This document shows positions 27,336 through 38,243 of a DNA stretch of 64,000 nucleotides, in pieces (within the stretch, counting starts at the first letter, position 1; every line of letters begins with the position of its first letter). The DNA is taken from the IMG/VR virus record IMGVR_UViG_3300036800_000031, positions 1 through 64,000 of that record. One strand, given 5' to 3'. The position numbers and the translations under genes are program-made. Source of the DNA: a virus. The notes below the pieces were generated by a model. It was not told the DNA's origin. It was given only the letters and a program-made list of their open reading frames with translations, and did not search any database.

Positions 27336-28633
27336 ACGAAGACCGATCCAGTGATCTGCCGACGGGGCTTGCAGGTCACCTGCATAGCGGAACTGACATC
27401 CAAGGGGATTGTGTATTTCTGAATGATGTAGGTGCCGCCAATACCCATTCTCTCTCGGAGGAGTTCGACAATGTCACCTTCCCAAAGGGCCGGGTTCGGG
27501 ACACACTGAAATGTCGGTGTGTCGAAGGCGGTGAGGATGAGTTGGAGTTGGGCGTAGGCAGCAGAGTCGATCTTCGCCTGGGCTTGGAGGGCCGTATCCG
27601 GCAGGGCCGTCACCCCGGTGCTACTGAAGCCGGGAATGGCCTGAGTCTCGAAGATGTAGGGGACCGGGCCGATGGTGCTCAGCGTCGGGTGAGCCGGGTC
27701 GTAGTAGCTGGGACTGGTCGGATCGGTATTCCAAACTTCCCCTTGGACGGGTGGAGCGTTCCCCCCGGCTCCGGTGCCGATGGCGATAACCCCGCTGTAG
27801 GTTTGGGTCTCGTCCAGGGTGTTGTCCATTTCTACAACCGTGCAGTTCTGCCCTTCTTCGTAGGACAGCGGGAAGACGGTCTTTGTGAAGGTCGGATTGC
27901 CCAGTTGGTCGGTGGTGGCGAGCGGTTGCATCACCACTTGGCCTTGCGTCCCGAAGAACAGTTCCATCCCTCCGGCAGCGGCGAGAGTTTGAGCATCGGC
28001 CCACGGGTCGTTACTGCTCGAAAGTGCAGCCCCGAAGGTAGTCGTGGGAACCACAACTGATTGGCCTGAGTTGATGTATCCGGGGGGAATCGGATTGGTC
28101 GGGGTAACGGAGAAGTTGAGAACCTCAGCAGGAAGCCAACGATTCGACAGCAAGGATTCTACCGCTTGGGCGAGGTCAGTCCCCGAAACAATCTGGTAGG
28201 GGGCCGTCCATTTGAGCCGACTAATCTCGGCTGCCCGGTCACTCCCTTTGATGTCAATGGTGATTTGGTCACCCGTGTCAGTGACCTTCGGCTGAGACAT
28301 CCTGAACACACCAAGGCTGCACATATCCGAAGACCCGTCGGAGTATTGGAAACCCCGGAAGACGTGAAGCTCATTCCCCGACAACGGGTGGAGAAGGTCG
28401 GTCGGGTCTTTTGGAATGTAGCTGTCCAACGACCTTCCCCGGCTGACCAGTTGAAGCGTCAGGGTGGCGCGGGTGGACGCGGTGGAATCCCTCGTGACCG
28501 ATCCGCTCAGGACGTTGGGAAGCGACTGGAGGAAGGTGGTGCCGTGATATACGTCCACCCGCACCACTCGGGTCTGGTTGGTGTCAGAGAGGGCAGCAAG
28601 GTATCGAGGGGTAAGCCCTAGCGGATCGGGCAT
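27332..28633 (-). CDS. minor tail (hub-type) protein
   Basis: SGSVT.D.T...R, P..GNEL.VFRG, LGVF and PNPAL..GD motifs of actinophage minor tail proteins. Confidence 0.75.
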   Translation of the reverse strand: MPDPLGLTPRYLAALSDTNQTRVVRVDVYHGTTFLQSLPNVLSGSVTRDSTASTRATLTLQLVSRGRSLDSYIPKDPTDLLHPLSGNELHVFRGFQYSDGSSDMCSLGVFRMSQPKVTDTGDQITIDIKGSDRAAEISRLKWTAPYQIVSGTDLAQAVESLLSNRWLPAEVLNFSVTPTNPIPPGYINSGQSVVVPTTTFGAALSSSNDPWADAQTLAAAGGMELFFGTQGQVVMQPLATTDQLGNPTFTKTVFPLSYEEGQNCTVVEMDNTLDETQTYSGVIAIGTGAGGNAPPVQGEVWNTDPTSPSYYDPAHPTLSTIGPVPYIFETQAIPGFSSTGVTALPDTALQAQAKIDSAAYAQLQLILTAFDTPTFQCVPNPALWEGDIVELLRERMGIGGTYIIQKYTIPLDVSSAMQVTCKPRRQITGSVFV

Positions 28634-28634
28634 C

Positions 28635-31600
28635 TCAGGGCTTGTCCTGCGGGATGCACACCACGATCACTTCAGTCATCGACTGAGGGGTGGTCCGGTC
28701 AGCCCCGGTGTACATGTCTCGCGGACGGTTCGGCCCGAGGGCGATGTAGTAAAGCTCTCCCGGCATGTCCGAGCGGAAACACAAAGTGACCCGCCGCTTG
28801 CGGAGAGCGTCGAAGGCTTCCCAATCTGCAAGGCTCCCGAACCACAATGCGAGATCGAAACTCGGGGAGTAAAGGTCTCCTCTGACCAACACGGTGCTCA
28901 CCCGGCCGAACGGCTGGAACGAACCTTGTTGTTCGATCTGGTCAATCTCATGGCTCAACCGGATACCACTTGCCGTAGATCCCACTCGGCTTGACGTCCG
29001 ATAGAGGGGGATAGCCCCAGGGTTTCCGTCAGCGTCGAGTCCGGGGCTTAGCGGGTCTACCAACCAAGGCCGGTCGGTCTCCAGAGAGTTTGCCTTCACG
29101 ATTGACCAGTTGGAAGCGACCGACTGACCGAACTCCTGGCCTATCGTCCGGCATCGGTAGTAACGCTGGATGGCGAACGGCCCTTCGTAATCGGTCCCGT
29201 AGGTGGTCTGATCCGGCTCATTGATCAATCCAACATCTCGGATGTCGGCCCACGTGATGAGGTCGGCGCTGCCCTGCATTTCGACGGTCGTGGCCTGATT
29301 GGCGAAGCCGCCTATGGACCACCGTTGAACCTGTGAAGTCTTAGAGTCCTTCGCTGCCTTGTAGTGGTCGAACACCTGGGTGTCGGTGAGGACCGTCGGG
29401 TAGATTGCGATGTTCCCCAGCGTCCCCTTTTGGAAGCCGATATGGCTAACCCCGATTCGGGCGTTGAACGTAGCCCCGCCCACGGTTCCAGAGAACGTAG
29501 CCGCCGCCGCTTGAACCCCGTCGATGTAGAGAATCTGGTGGCCGCTGGTATGGGTAGCAACGATGTGGTGACGTCCGAGGGTGATGGGCGCAGAGACCTG
29601 AGAAGAAGTAGAAATCCCCACCAAGAACAGTATTTCGTCAGCGTTTTGGAGGAGCCACCAACCGGCTTCGCCAGCACCCCCGGCCGGGTTACCGGTGCTG
29701 ATGATCGTTTGGAAGTTAGATCCGCTGATGTCTTCGATGTCCACCCAAGCCTCAAAGGAGATCACCTGTTGGCCCAGCGGCAGTGCGGTCTGGATGAAGC
29801 CGCTAGTTCCATCGAACTTCGCTCCGGTTTCGCCGGGGAAGGCTTCGATAAACCCCTGCTTCCCGAAAGTGATCCCGCCCATGACCGCACCGGCCCCGGC
29901 CGAGCCACAAAGATCGGTCACCGTTGTTGAGAAGGGAACGTCGTCCAGGGGCCAGTAGTTGGAAGGCCCATCGTTGAGGATCGTCAGGTCGTAGCCCAAC
30001 GTGCCGGGGAAGATTCCACAGGTGTCAGTGTTGTGGATTTCACCTCCCGAGACAGAAACGTCGTCAATCTGGATCAACAAGCGGGCAAAAGCCGCCCCGC
30101 CCGGAGCTTCGGCTTCCAAGAAGGGAAATACCCAATCAACCAGCCCGTCGGTGTACCCGTCCCCGTTGTTGATAGAGAGCAGCGTGAAGGAACTGTCGTA
30201 CCAGTAGATATTGACGTGGACCACGCGGGCAATGGTCGCCGCCAGCATCGCCGCCATAGCCGTGTACATCTGCCCGGGGACGACGGCGTACTCACCAGCG
30301 ATGGCGTAGGCAGCACCGTCAACCCCTCCAATGATCTCCATTGAAGCGGTCCCATCGAGAGACACCGTGGTCGAAGGGGCGAGCGTGCAACCGATGTACG
30401 GTGCCCAACTCCCCAGCCCCAACTCGAAGGTGGAATCTTCGGCACTCATGATGTTGTCGATACCGATGGAAGTCAGGGCGGTGATAGGGCACCCGGTCGA
30501 TGAATCCGTCTCGGCTGCGGTGAGGAGTGAGGGAGTGGCCGGAGAATCGAACTTCACTGTGAAGATTCGGCTTCCGAACAGCGAAGAAATCCCACCCGTC
30601 TCGGTGACCCTCACATAGACGACGTAGGTAATGTCGGTTTGGAGGTTCACTGATGAAAGAACCGCAGAGTTGGCCGCAGTGGTCCCGGCGAAGTCGGTGA
30701 TCAACCCCGCAGATTGTTGAGGGTTGAACCCTGTTTTCAGAGTGGTTGACAGTTCGTAGACGTACCCGTCGTATCCGATCTGGCTCAGCCCGGCCCCCAA
30801 ACTCGCCGCCCAAGTCACCGTCGGGTTGCTGGTGCGGACGGGGGAGGGGGGACCCGTCACGTTCACGACGGGTCGGGGAACGGCGAAGAAGATGGAGTCG
30901 GAGGCGAAGGGGCCTTGAAGGTCGTGGTAGCTCTCCTGGGTGGCTACCGACCAGTTGTAGGTCACTCCGTCGGCCAGGAGGCCAGCCGGGATCGTGAAGT
31001 GGTAGATGCTGCCGAGGTCATCCACCGGCATCGGCCACGTCCCCGGCGGTGAACTGACAAAGCTCGTTCCGTTCCAGTAGAGGTAACTGCCACCCGCTTG
31101 TTTGATTCGCAACAGGGCACCGTTGAGAAGGCCGGAGTCGGTGCCCTTCTGAGCAGTGAACTGAAAGCTCATCCCGAGGTTGGAGTCCTCGTAGGTACCG
31201 CTGGCCGGTGCGTTGAGAACGGGGGCAAAGGGAGCGTCGGCCGTGACGTAGGTGATGATGATGTAGGGGGAGATGGCGTTCGATCCGTCGAAGGAACCTT
31301 CCAGCGTTACGGAGCCGTGAACGAACGACCATCCACCACCACCGCCACCGGCCGCGCTTCCCGGGGTTCCACCACCACCACCGCCTCCGCCGCCATACCA
31401 ACCGCCGCCACCGCCGCCGCCGCCACCGCCGCCGGTCGTGCCCGAAGCTCCGGCTCCCCCGCCGCCACCGCCACTGACTCCAGCCGCTCCGGCCGTAGCC
31501 CCACCGCTGGTTACCCCGCCCGCTCCGTTCGCCGGGTGACCGCCCGCCCCACCGCCTCCACCGAAGTTGCTGACGCCTTGGCCGTTGGTTCCCGGCTGAC

Positions 31601-32045
31601 TCCCGATCTGCCCGCCCCCACCGCCGAAGCCCCCCTGATACCCCGGAGACCCGGCGAACGGCCGCGAGGCCCCACCGCCTCCTCCTCCTCCTCCTCCGGC
31701 CGCTTCGATCAGGATGACCGCCGTTGAGCTTATGCAAGCCGCAGAAGCCCCCCCAATGCCCCCGTATCCCCCGTTAGCCGTCCCGCCGCCGGTTCCGGTG
31801 CCAGGGGTGCCTCCCGCCCCCCCGGCCCAGTGGGCGACGTTACAGGTGATGAAGTCACCGATGGAGAGCGGGATGAACCCGACGAGGGTGCTTCCGTTGC
31901 CGGGGGGTGCGGCTGCATCGGCGGTGGTTGGTTGGCCCGGTTGACCCACCCCCCCGCGCACGCTCGCCAGAACCCCTCCGTCGATCATGTTGGCGGGGGC
32001 AGTGAAGGTGCCGTCGGCGATGAAGGTTCGGTTGTTGGTGGTCAT
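28635..32045 (-). CDS. large minor tail protein (Gly-rich, carbohydrate-binding-like and LamG domains)
   Basis: follows the tape measure; YWPLDD...FDGTSG...SFEAWV...HHIVAT...LYIDG LamG signature. Confidence 0.8.
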   Translation of the reverse strand: MTTNNRTFIADGTFTAPANMIDGGVLASVRGGVGQPGQPTTADAAAPPGNGSTLVGFIPLSIGDFITCNVAHWAGGAGGTPGTGTGGGTANGGYGGIGGASAACISSTAVILIEAAGGGGGGGGGASRPFAGSPGYQGGFGGGGGQIGSQPGTNGQGVSNFGGGGGAGGHPANGAGGVTSGGATAGAAGVSGGGGGGAGASGTTGGGGGGGGGGGWYGGGGGGGGGTPGSAAGGGGGGWSFVHGSVTLEGSFDGSNAISPYIIITYVTADAPFAPVLNAPASGTYEDSNLGMSFQFTAQKGTDSGLLNGALLRIKQAGGSYLYWNGTSFVSSPPGTWPMPVDDLGSIYHFTIPAGLLADGVTYNWSVATQESYHDLQGPFASDSIFFAVPRPVVNVTGPPSPVRTSNPTVTWAASLGAGLSQIGYDGYVYELSTTLKTGFNPQQSAGLITDFAGTTAANSAVLSSVNLQTDITYVVYVRVTETGGISSLFGSRIFTVKFDSPATPSLLTAAETDSSTGCPITALTSIGIDNIMSAEDSTFELGLGSWAPYIGCTLAPSTTVSLDGTASMEIIGGVDGAAYAIAGEYAVVPGQMYTAMAAMLAATIARVVHVNIYWYDSSFTLLSINNGDGYTDGLVDWVFPFLEAEAPGGAAFARLLIQIDDVSVSGGEIHNTDTCGIFPGTLGYDLTILNDGPSNYWPLDDVPFSTTVTDLCGSAGAGAVMGGITFGKQGFIEAFPGETGAKFDGTSGFIQTALPLGQQVISFEAWVDIEDISGSNFQTIISTGNPAGGAGEAGWWLLQNADEILFLVGISTSSQVSAPITLGRHHIVATHTSGHQILYIDGVQAAAATFSGTVGGATFNARIGVSHIGFQKGTLGNIAIYPTVLTDTQVFDHYKAAKDSKTSQVQRWSIGGFANQATTVEMQGSADLITWADIRDVGLINEPDQTTYGTDYEGPFAIQRYYRCRTIGQEFGQSVASNWSIVKANSLETDRPWLVDPLSPGLDADGNPGAIPLYRTSSRVGSTASGIRLSHEIDQIEQQGSFQPFGRVSTVLVRGDLYSPSFDLALWFGSLADWEAFDALRKRRVTLCFRSDMPGELYYIALGPNRPRDMYTGADRTTPQSMTEVIVVCIPQDKP

Positions 32046-35008
32046 CAGCTGTTACCTGTCGAGTGTTGCCCTACGAGTTGGAGAAGCGTTGCGTCGTGCT
32101 GGGAAACTGCCGTGTTCAGGGCAGCGGTCAACTCGGCCTGGTTCAGGCCCGAGCCGTTGATCGTGAATGAGTAGACCGGCTGGTAGTTGAACCCGCTGCT
32201 GCCGACTCCCGTAACCGGCGTCCCGAGCACTCCGTCTCCCAAGCGGGGAAGGGCCGAGTTGGGGATGATCGTCCCGGCGTTCGGGCTAAGGAACAGTTCC
32301 GGCCCGTTCTCCCCGACGATGTAGGGCGTGTTCGCATCGACCGGGCCACCGCCAGCGCGGTGCGGGGCCGGGGCGTCCGGAGCGTTGTTTTGTGCGGGTC
32401 CAGGGCCACCGATGGTGGGGATGTCGCTGATGTGCTCGGCGAAGGGAATCTTGTCGTAGGCGTTGATCAGGGTGTTGATCACTCCGATTACATCGTTGAT
32501 CAGACTCTTAATGACGTCGATGGCCCCGGAGATCAGAGTCCCGGCGACCGATACCGCCGTAGCCATAGCCGACCAAATCTGGTTCCACACGTCCCCGACG
32601 TCCTTGATTGCCGCCTTGATTATGTCGAGGCCAAGCGTCTTGATAAATCCAAAAATGGGACCCATGATCCCCCACGCGATATTGAGGGCTCCGGAGATCA
32701 CCGGCCACACGGCATTCCAGACATCGCGCAGGAACCCGATCTCGTCCTTGATGATGTCGATGCCCAAGGTCTTGATAAACCCGAACACCGGGGCCATGAT
32801 CGCCCAGGTCGCCGACAGGATCGTGCTGATTACCGACCAGGCCACGTTCCACAAGTCACGGAAAATCCCGAGAGCCTCTTTCACTACGTCGAAGCCCAAG
32901 GTGACGAAGAAGTTGAAAATGGGCTTCATGAATGACCAGGCGGCATTCAACACCGAACTGATCACCGGCCATATTGCCGACCACACTGCCTGGAAGGCGA
33001 TAATCGCCAACTCCACCGGGAGCAACGCGATGATCCGGATGGCATCGAAGATCACCTTGATGATGTCCCAGGCGATAGTCAGGGTTGTGGTTATCACCGG
33101 CCAGATAGCACTCCAGACCGACTTGAAGACATCGAGCACCGGAGGGATCACGGCCGAGAAAAACCGCTCCAACGGGTGAAATACGTCGTTGTCGATGGCG
33201 TGCCAGACGTCATTGGTAATCGAGCGGATTGCCGACCACGCTGCCTGCCAGTGGACCGCCAGGAGAGCTATCCAGCCGATAGGACCCAACAGCATGAGGA
33301 CGATTGACCCGAAGCCCGAACGCAGGAACGTGACCGCCTCATCGAACACCTGCTTGATTTCCGACCACACCTGACGCCAGTGAGTAACCAACTCGGTGAT
33401 GCCGACCACGAGCAAAGCGATGGCCGTGATAATCAACCCGACCGGGTTGGAATCCATAAGACCAACCAGGACGATAGCCAATGCCCCCAACCCAGCCGTC
33501 AGGCCACCCAAGAGAGCCGGTGAACCCGCCAGAAAGGCCATGAGCCGACCGAGTACCCCTATGAAGTTGAGCAACACCATCCCGACCGGGGCGAGAGCGA
33601 CGGCCAGCTTGCCCACCCCGTCGATCAGCGATACCACGTCCTTCACGATGGTCGGGCCGTTGGCGATGAACCAGTTGACAAACTTCTGGAATCCGCCGTC
33701 GTCAACCCAGTTAAGGAAGATGGCAGTGAGACCTTCAAACCCCTTCTCGAACATGGCAATAAGCGGGCCTGACTTCTGCAACATATCCGCGAAGCCCTGA
33801 CCAAACTGCTCCACCGCCGCCAGGATGGTGTTGATTGCAGGACCGGCTTGGGCAGCCAGGAAGGAGATGAAGCTCTTGAAGTCCGGCTGTTGAGCGATCA
33901 AACCGATCTGCTCGAAAATGTCATGGAACTCCGCCGCCCCGGCTTTGACCAGGGGGGTGATGTCGTTGAGCAGCGGCATCATGTCGGAGATGGCCGCAGA
34001 GAACACCGAGATGATTTCGGGCTGGAACTGCTGGTCCCACTGCATGAAGGCGCTCTTGGCCTGCATGATCAATCCCACTAGTGAGGCGATTCCGGGGCTG
34101 AGGTTCTGAACGTCGCTGGCGAGTTGGGTGATGGCGGTGTTCTTGGCGGTGGTAGTCGTGGCTCTGGTGATGGCTTGTTGGTCGGCGGTGATCTGCTGCA
34201 TGGCGGTAGACACCTGAGTGAACACCGGCAACGCCGCCAACCCGAACGCGCCGATACCGGCCCCGGCGGCAGTAGCCATTCCTGCGAATCCGATACCGAT
34301 ACCGGCCACGGCCCCGGCCAGCGGAACCAGGGCGGTAGCGAGCAACCCGACCAGCGGGATCATGGGACTTATCGACCCCGCGCTTTCCTCCAGTGAGGAG
34401 GACAATCCACCTGCTCCGCTAGAGGCTCCGTCGAGGGACGAGGTGAGCTTCCCCAACTCGGAAGATGCGGCTTCAGCGTCCATGACCACGGAGCCGATGT
34501 TGGAGTGCTTCTTCAGGTTGTCGAGTCGGGAGGCGAGGTCGTCAACCGTCCTACGAGCGTCGGACTCGGTGATGTCTACGTTGATTACCTGGTGGCTCAG
34601 CGCCTCCATCTCAGCCTTGATCTCGGCGAGCTTTACCTCATCCTCGGTGGTGTCCATCCCCACCTTGATGTCAGGAAGGTCTTTGAGTGCAGCGTCCAGG
34701 TGGAGCTTGAAGGCGTCGGCGAACTTGCCCCCGGTGGAGCTTCCCTTTTCGGCGGTAGTGGTGTCGTCCGGGCCTACGGTGGTGTTCTTGGTGGACTCAG
34801 CCACCGCCGTCTTGAAGGGGTCAGCGAACTTCTTTCCAGCCTCATCCCCGGTCGCGGCGACTTGGGTGTCGTCAACGGTGGTGCCGACTTGGACGTTTTC
34901 CTCGCCGGTCTGCTCAATGGCCTGGCCCAGCTTTGCCTTCAAGTCCTCCTCGAAGTAGGACATATCCGGCGTGATGGTGATTGACGCTGATCCAACTTCA
35001 TCAGCCAT
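32045..35008 (-). CDS. tape measure protein
   Basis: 987 aa, Trp/Phe periodic repeats, C-terminal RAGGGPV...YIVGENGPELF motif. Confidence 0.9.
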   Translation of the reverse strand: MADEVGSASITITPDMSYFEEDLKAKLGQAIEQTGEENVQVGTTVDDTQVAATGDEAGKKFADPFKTAVAESTKNTTVGPDDTTTAEKGSSTGGKFADAFKLHLDAALKDLPDIKVGMDTTEDEVKLAEIKAEMEALSHQVINVDITESDARRTVDDLASRLDNLKKHSNIGSVVMDAEAASSELGKLTSSLDGASSGAGGLSSSLEESAGSISPMIPLVGLLATALVPLAGAVAGIGIGFAGMATAAGAGIGAFGLAALPVFTQVSTAMQQITADQQAITRATTTTAKNTAITQLASDVQNLSPGIASLVGLIMQAKSAFMQWDQQFQPEIISVFSAAISDMMPLLNDITPLVKAGAAEFHDIFEQIGLIAQQPDFKSFISFLAAQAGPAINTILAAVEQFGQGFADMLQKSGPLIAMFEKGFEGLTAIFLNWVDDGGFQKFVNWFIANGPTIVKDVVSLIDGVGKLAVALAPVGMVLLNFIGVLGRLMAFLAGSPALLGGLTAGLGALAIVLVGLMDSNPVGLIITAIALLVVGITELVTHWRQVWSEIKQVFDEAVTFLRSGFGSIVLMLLGPIGWIALLAVHWQAAWSAIRSITNDVWHAIDNDVFHPLERFFSAVIPPVLDVFKSVWSAIWPVITTTLTIAWDIIKVIFDAIRIIALLPVELAIIAFQAVWSAIWPVISSVLNAAWSFMKPIFNFFVTLGFDVVKEALGIFRDLWNVAWSVISTILSATWAIMAPVFGFIKTLGIDIIKDEIGFLRDVWNAVWPVISGALNIAWGIMGPIFGFIKTLGLDIIKAAIKDVGDVWNQIWSAMATAVSVAGTLISGAIDVIKSLINDVIGVINTLINAYDKIPFAEHISDIPTIGGPGPAQNNAPDAPAPHRAGGGPVDANTPYIVGENGPELFLSPNAGTIIPNSALPRLGDGVLGTPVTGVGSSGFNYQPVYSFTINGSGLNQAELTAALNTAVSQHDATLLQLVGQHSTGNS

Positions 35009-35250
35009 TACTCACCACCTCCCATTTTGCTGTTGACGTTGGCGACGAAGGCCGCTATGTCCGTGACGGTGGCGAGGTCGCCTTCTTCCAGTTCGCCTTC
35101 GTCCTCGTCCGGCTGGCCCTGGTGCATGTCCAGGGCGTCGTAGAAGTCATCCAGGAAGTGAGGCTGGGGAACACCCTCCCCCCGGTTCTCCATGAGGAGA
35201 ACGTCGGCCCGCTCAGCCCGGTCGGCCAAGAGCGCATAGGCGGCGGACAA
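35008..35250 (-). CDS. pre-tape-measure small protein (tail assembly chaperone C-part)
   Basis: position between the chaperone and tape measure genes. Confidence 0.5.
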   Translation of the reverse strand: MSAAYALLADRAERADVLLMENRGEGVPQPHFLDDFYDALDMHQGQPDEDEGELEEGDLATVTDIAAFVANVNSKMGGGE

Positions 35251-35264
35251 GACCGCCTCCGCGC

Positions 35265-35696
35265 TTAGCTTGCTCGGCGGGAGCGTTTGGCCTGAGAGGA
35301 CGAGCCGCCCCCGGAAGTACGTGCGCTCGGTCGCCGCCCAGTGGGTGAGATACCAGGCGGCTCGGTAGGGACCCCGAACACTTCCTCAGCGACCGTTTTC
35401 GCCAACTCCGAGAACCGCTTGTAGGTCATGGGGCCTTGCTTGTCCTGCTTCATCGCCATGAAGTCTTCGACTTCATCGGGGAACAGGACCGCCTCGAACA
35501 AGGTGTCCACGTTCATCACGACGGCGGAAACGTCACCGCTTCCTTGGGCCTTGAAGAACTCCTCGATGATCGGCCAGGGGATTTCGTCACTGCCCTTGCA
35601 GTGCCAAGTTCGGCCCCCGATGTTGAAGGTCATGGAAGGCTCGTCCGAAGCCTCAATGGCGTCAAGGTCGAGATGGGGAATCGAGTTCACGCTCAT
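35265..35696 (-). CDS. tail assembly chaperone
   Basis: follows the major tail gene; ends ...FGVPT plus a low-complexity tail. Confidence 0.7.
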   Translation of the reverse strand: MSVNSIPHLDLDAIEASDEPSMTFNIGGRTWHCKGSDEIPWPIIEEFFKAQGSGDVSAVVMNVDTLFEAVLFPDEVEDFMAMKQDKQGPMTYKRFSELAKTVAEEVFGVPTEPPGISPTGRRPSARTSGGGSSSQAKRSRRAS

Positions 35697-36289
35697 GCTG
35701 CCAGGTTGGGTTCGAGGATGAACCGGAAGGGCTGTGCGCCGTAGGGCTTCTCCAGCTTGAAGCTGGCCGCGTACATGCTCTTGTTCGCGCCCTTCTTGGC
35801 GGTGCGCTTCACCGTGCCGGTCTGAAGCGTCTGGCGGACGATCAACCGGCTGTTCGGGTCGGCAGCGGTGGTGGCTGCGAGGGGGATCGAGTCCCACCCG
35901 AGCATGACCCGGACCTCAGACCCGGCGGAGGGCGTCTCCTGCCAGAGCGAGCCGTCCCCGTTGGTGCCCTGGGACGAGGCGATGGTCGAAGCGCCGATTC
36001 CGGCGTTCAGCACCAGGGCCAGGTTCTGACGGGTGACTTCGGCGAGGACGAACGTCATGGTGCCCGTGTAGCCGGTGATGGCCTGACGGATTTCCCACAG
36101 TTCTTCCTCGACGCTGATCGGAGAAGTGGTAGGGCCGAAGTCGAACTCCGAACCGGCGTCGGTGTACCCGAGGGCTGTCCAGCCAGCAGGCCACGCTCCG
36201 GTAACGGAAACGGGTTCAGCGGTGCCGAGCGGGGCCGCATAGAGCGTGCCGGGGCCGACCTTGATGTTGTTCGGGTTGTAAGTACCCAT
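35693..36289 (-). CDS. major tail protein
   Basis: NI.VGPGTLYAAPLGTAEP...W..LGYT..G. Confidence 0.85.
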   Translation of the reverse strand: MGTYNPNNIKVGPGTLYAAPLGTAEPVSVTGAWPAGWTALGYTDAGSEFDFGPTTSPISVEEELWEIRQAITGYTGTMTFVLAEVTRQNLALVLNAGIGASTIASSQGTNGDGSLWQETPSAGSEVRVMLGWDSIPLAATTAADPNSRLIVRQTLQTGTVKRTAKKGANKSMYAASFKLEKPYGAQPFRFILEPNLAA

Positions 36290-36388
36290 TGGTGCTCCTT
36301 GTCTGCCGGAGTGGCGGGTGAACTCCGCCTTGGCTTACAAGGCGACAAGGTGATCGAACCACACAGACCCCCGGAGGTTCGGGGATAC

Positions 36389-36823
36389 TCAGAGCGCCAC
36401 AGTGAAAATAATGTCCATCATCATCCGCGGCCAACCGGTGTCCGGGTCCGGAGAATCGAAGGAAGTGGTCACGTTGACGTTGAGGCCACGGGTGCCCCCG
36501 TCGCCCAGGATCGTGCCGGGCTGGAGGACGAGAGCGGCCTGCTCGATGGCCAGTACCGCCGCCCGAACTTTGTCGTAGTCCTTCCCCGCCATCCCCCAAA
36601 CTTCCACGGCAACTCGGATGTCGGAGACCGGGGCTTCGCTGTTGCTCTGGACCCCTCCGCCTGACCGGGAGACCCGGATGAAGGGCACCTTGTTGGGATT
36701 GGGATTCACCGGGAGTCGGAAGAAGGCCCGCCCGGCGATGTGGGGAGTGATCCACTCGTTGGTACGGAACCAGTTGCGGATGTCCGGCATGGCGTCCGGG
36801 ATGACCAGCGGGGGCAGGCTCAC
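36389..36823 (-). CDS. tail terminator
   Basis: PFIRVSRSGG...VEVWG...PDPDTGWPR; synteny. Confidence 0.75.
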   Translation of the reverse strand: MSLPPLVIPDAMPDIRNWFRTNEWITPHIAGRAFFRLPVNPNPNKVPFIRVSRSGGGVQSNSEAPVSDIRVAVEVWGMAGKDYDKVRAAVLAIEQAALVLQPGTILGDGGTRGLNVNVTTSFDSPDPDTGWPRMMMDIIFTVAL

Positions 36824-37245
36824 GAGTTCACCACCGCATCCATAGCGGGCTTCAAAAACGGCCGGGGCTTCATCAGAGACGTTCCGACTTCCAGGTAGTG
36901 GGCGTACTTGGTGTTCGCCGTGACCCTGGCGATCACCACCTCACCGCCGAGTTCCACCCGGTGGCCGATCTGATTGAGCAAGAAGCCGGTGTTCGACGCC
37001 GGGGGCTGACCGGGGGCCGAAGCGCGGTGGGCCGGGCCGGTCTGGACCCAGTGGTAGAGCTTCCCGTTGTGCTTCATGAAGTACGAACCCGGTTCGTACA
37101 ACCGGCCGGAGCCGGGGATGGTCAAGAATGTCTTGGCGAGGGTCTCGATCTGGAACGCCTTTTGCAAGAGAATCTTGGCGACCGGCCCTTCCAAGTCGGC
37201 GAACAGGGCGTGGATTCCCTCGGTGTCGGTGTCGTAGGTGGACAT
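36820..37245 (-). CDS. HK97 gp10-like neck protein
   Basis: ASAPGQPPASNTG.L...YAHYLEVGT..M.PRPFLKPA. Confidence 0.85.
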   Translation of the reverse strand: MSTYDTDTEGIHALFADLEGPVAKILLQKAFQIETLAKTFLTIPGSGRLYEPGSYFMKHNGKLYHWVQTGPAHRASAPGQPPASNTGFLLNQIGHRVELGGEVVIARVTANTKYAHYLEVGTSLMKPRPFLKPAMDAVVNS

Positions 37246-37583
37246 CAGCTGGCCCCCGTCACTTCACGGAGCGAAGCCACCGTGTGATCGAGTCCTAGCC
37301 CGATTGACTGTCGTGCCCAAAGGCAAACCCAGGTGGTCCCTTCGATGTCGTCGGTCACGAGATCGTTGGCTTGAAGGTCCACCGGGTCACAGGTCAGCCG
37401 GGTGTTGTAGACGATGCGGTCACCGCCGACCAGTACCGGCGCTCCGCCGGGGAGGCTAACGACGGCCGGGACGCCTTCCTTGACCAAAGCCGGACCAGCC
37501 GGGTTGGGGTCGTAGCCGTCGGTGTCAGCCGGAACGGATGACCGGGTGATGGTGACTGTGGTGGTGGCGAGGGGGATCGACAC
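37245..37583 (-). CDS. head-to-tail stopper
   Basis: synteny and size; TTTVTITR...D.YD. Confidence 0.65.
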   Translation of the reverse strand: MSIPLATTTVTITRSSVPADTDGYDPNPAGPALVKEGVPAVVSLPGGAPVLVGGDRIVYNTRLTCDPVDLQANDLVTDDIEGTTWVCLWARQSIGLGLDHTVASLREVTGAS

Positions 37584-38243
37584 TTAGGTCTCCCAAGCGT
37601 GAGCCTGCGCCCGGCGGAAGCGGAGGATGTCCCGCTTCAACTGCGGGTCGGCCAGCATGAAGGAGGACAAGTCTCCCGAGATCGATACTCCGCCGATGGA
37701 GATGGACTTCTGCCCCATCGCCTGGACGACGGCCGGGTGCTGGGAGTAGTAGGCGATCCGGGCGATCACCCGAGCCAGCTTCGGAGGGAGTCCGGGGGTG
37801 GTCCCGTCCTTGACGCCGTAGGGGTGATAGCCGCCCATGTAGGTCACGTTCGTCTGCGGGGGGATGACCCCCTGCCAAACCGGCATCCACGGCAAGGGAG
37901 TGAACCAGCCCACCCATACCCCGAACCCCTGAATGATCGAGCCGGGGGCGTTGTCGGTGGCCGGGTTGTAAAGCGCCTCCCCGGAACTGATCGGCTTGGT
38001 CGGGTCGATGGGGACGGCCGAGGGATAGACCTTCCCGTCAGCGTAGAGATACAGGTTCTCGGTGTATTGGCCGTACCCGAGAGTTCGGACGCACTCCACC
38101 TCGACCATCGTCACCGCTTCGTCCAGGGCGCGGGCGACGTCATCGGGATCGTTCGCCCGGTCGTTGGTGATCCAGCCGTAGTCATCCACCGACACCAACG
38201 GCTGCGTAAGGCCCGTACCACTGGCGGGGGTACTAGGTATCAC
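37584..38243 (-). CDS. head-to-tail adaptor
   Basis: VTYMGGY...PPKL...SISIGGVSIS; synteny. Confidence 0.7.
   Translation of the reverse strand: MIPSTPASGTGLTQPLVSVDDYGWITNDRANDPDDVARALDEAVTMVEVECVRTLGYGQYTENLYLYADGKVYPSAVPIDPTKPISSGEALYNPATDNAPGSIIQGFGVWVGWFTPLPWMPVWQGVIPPQTNVTYMGGYHPYGVKDGTTPGLPPKLARVIARIAYYSQHPAVVQAMGQKSISIGGVSISGDLSSFMLADPQLKRDILRFRRAQAHAWET

Noticed and set aside
35250-35400. Programmed frameshift in the tail assembly chaperone
   Set aside because: No convincing slippery heptamer was seen near the end of the first ORF.
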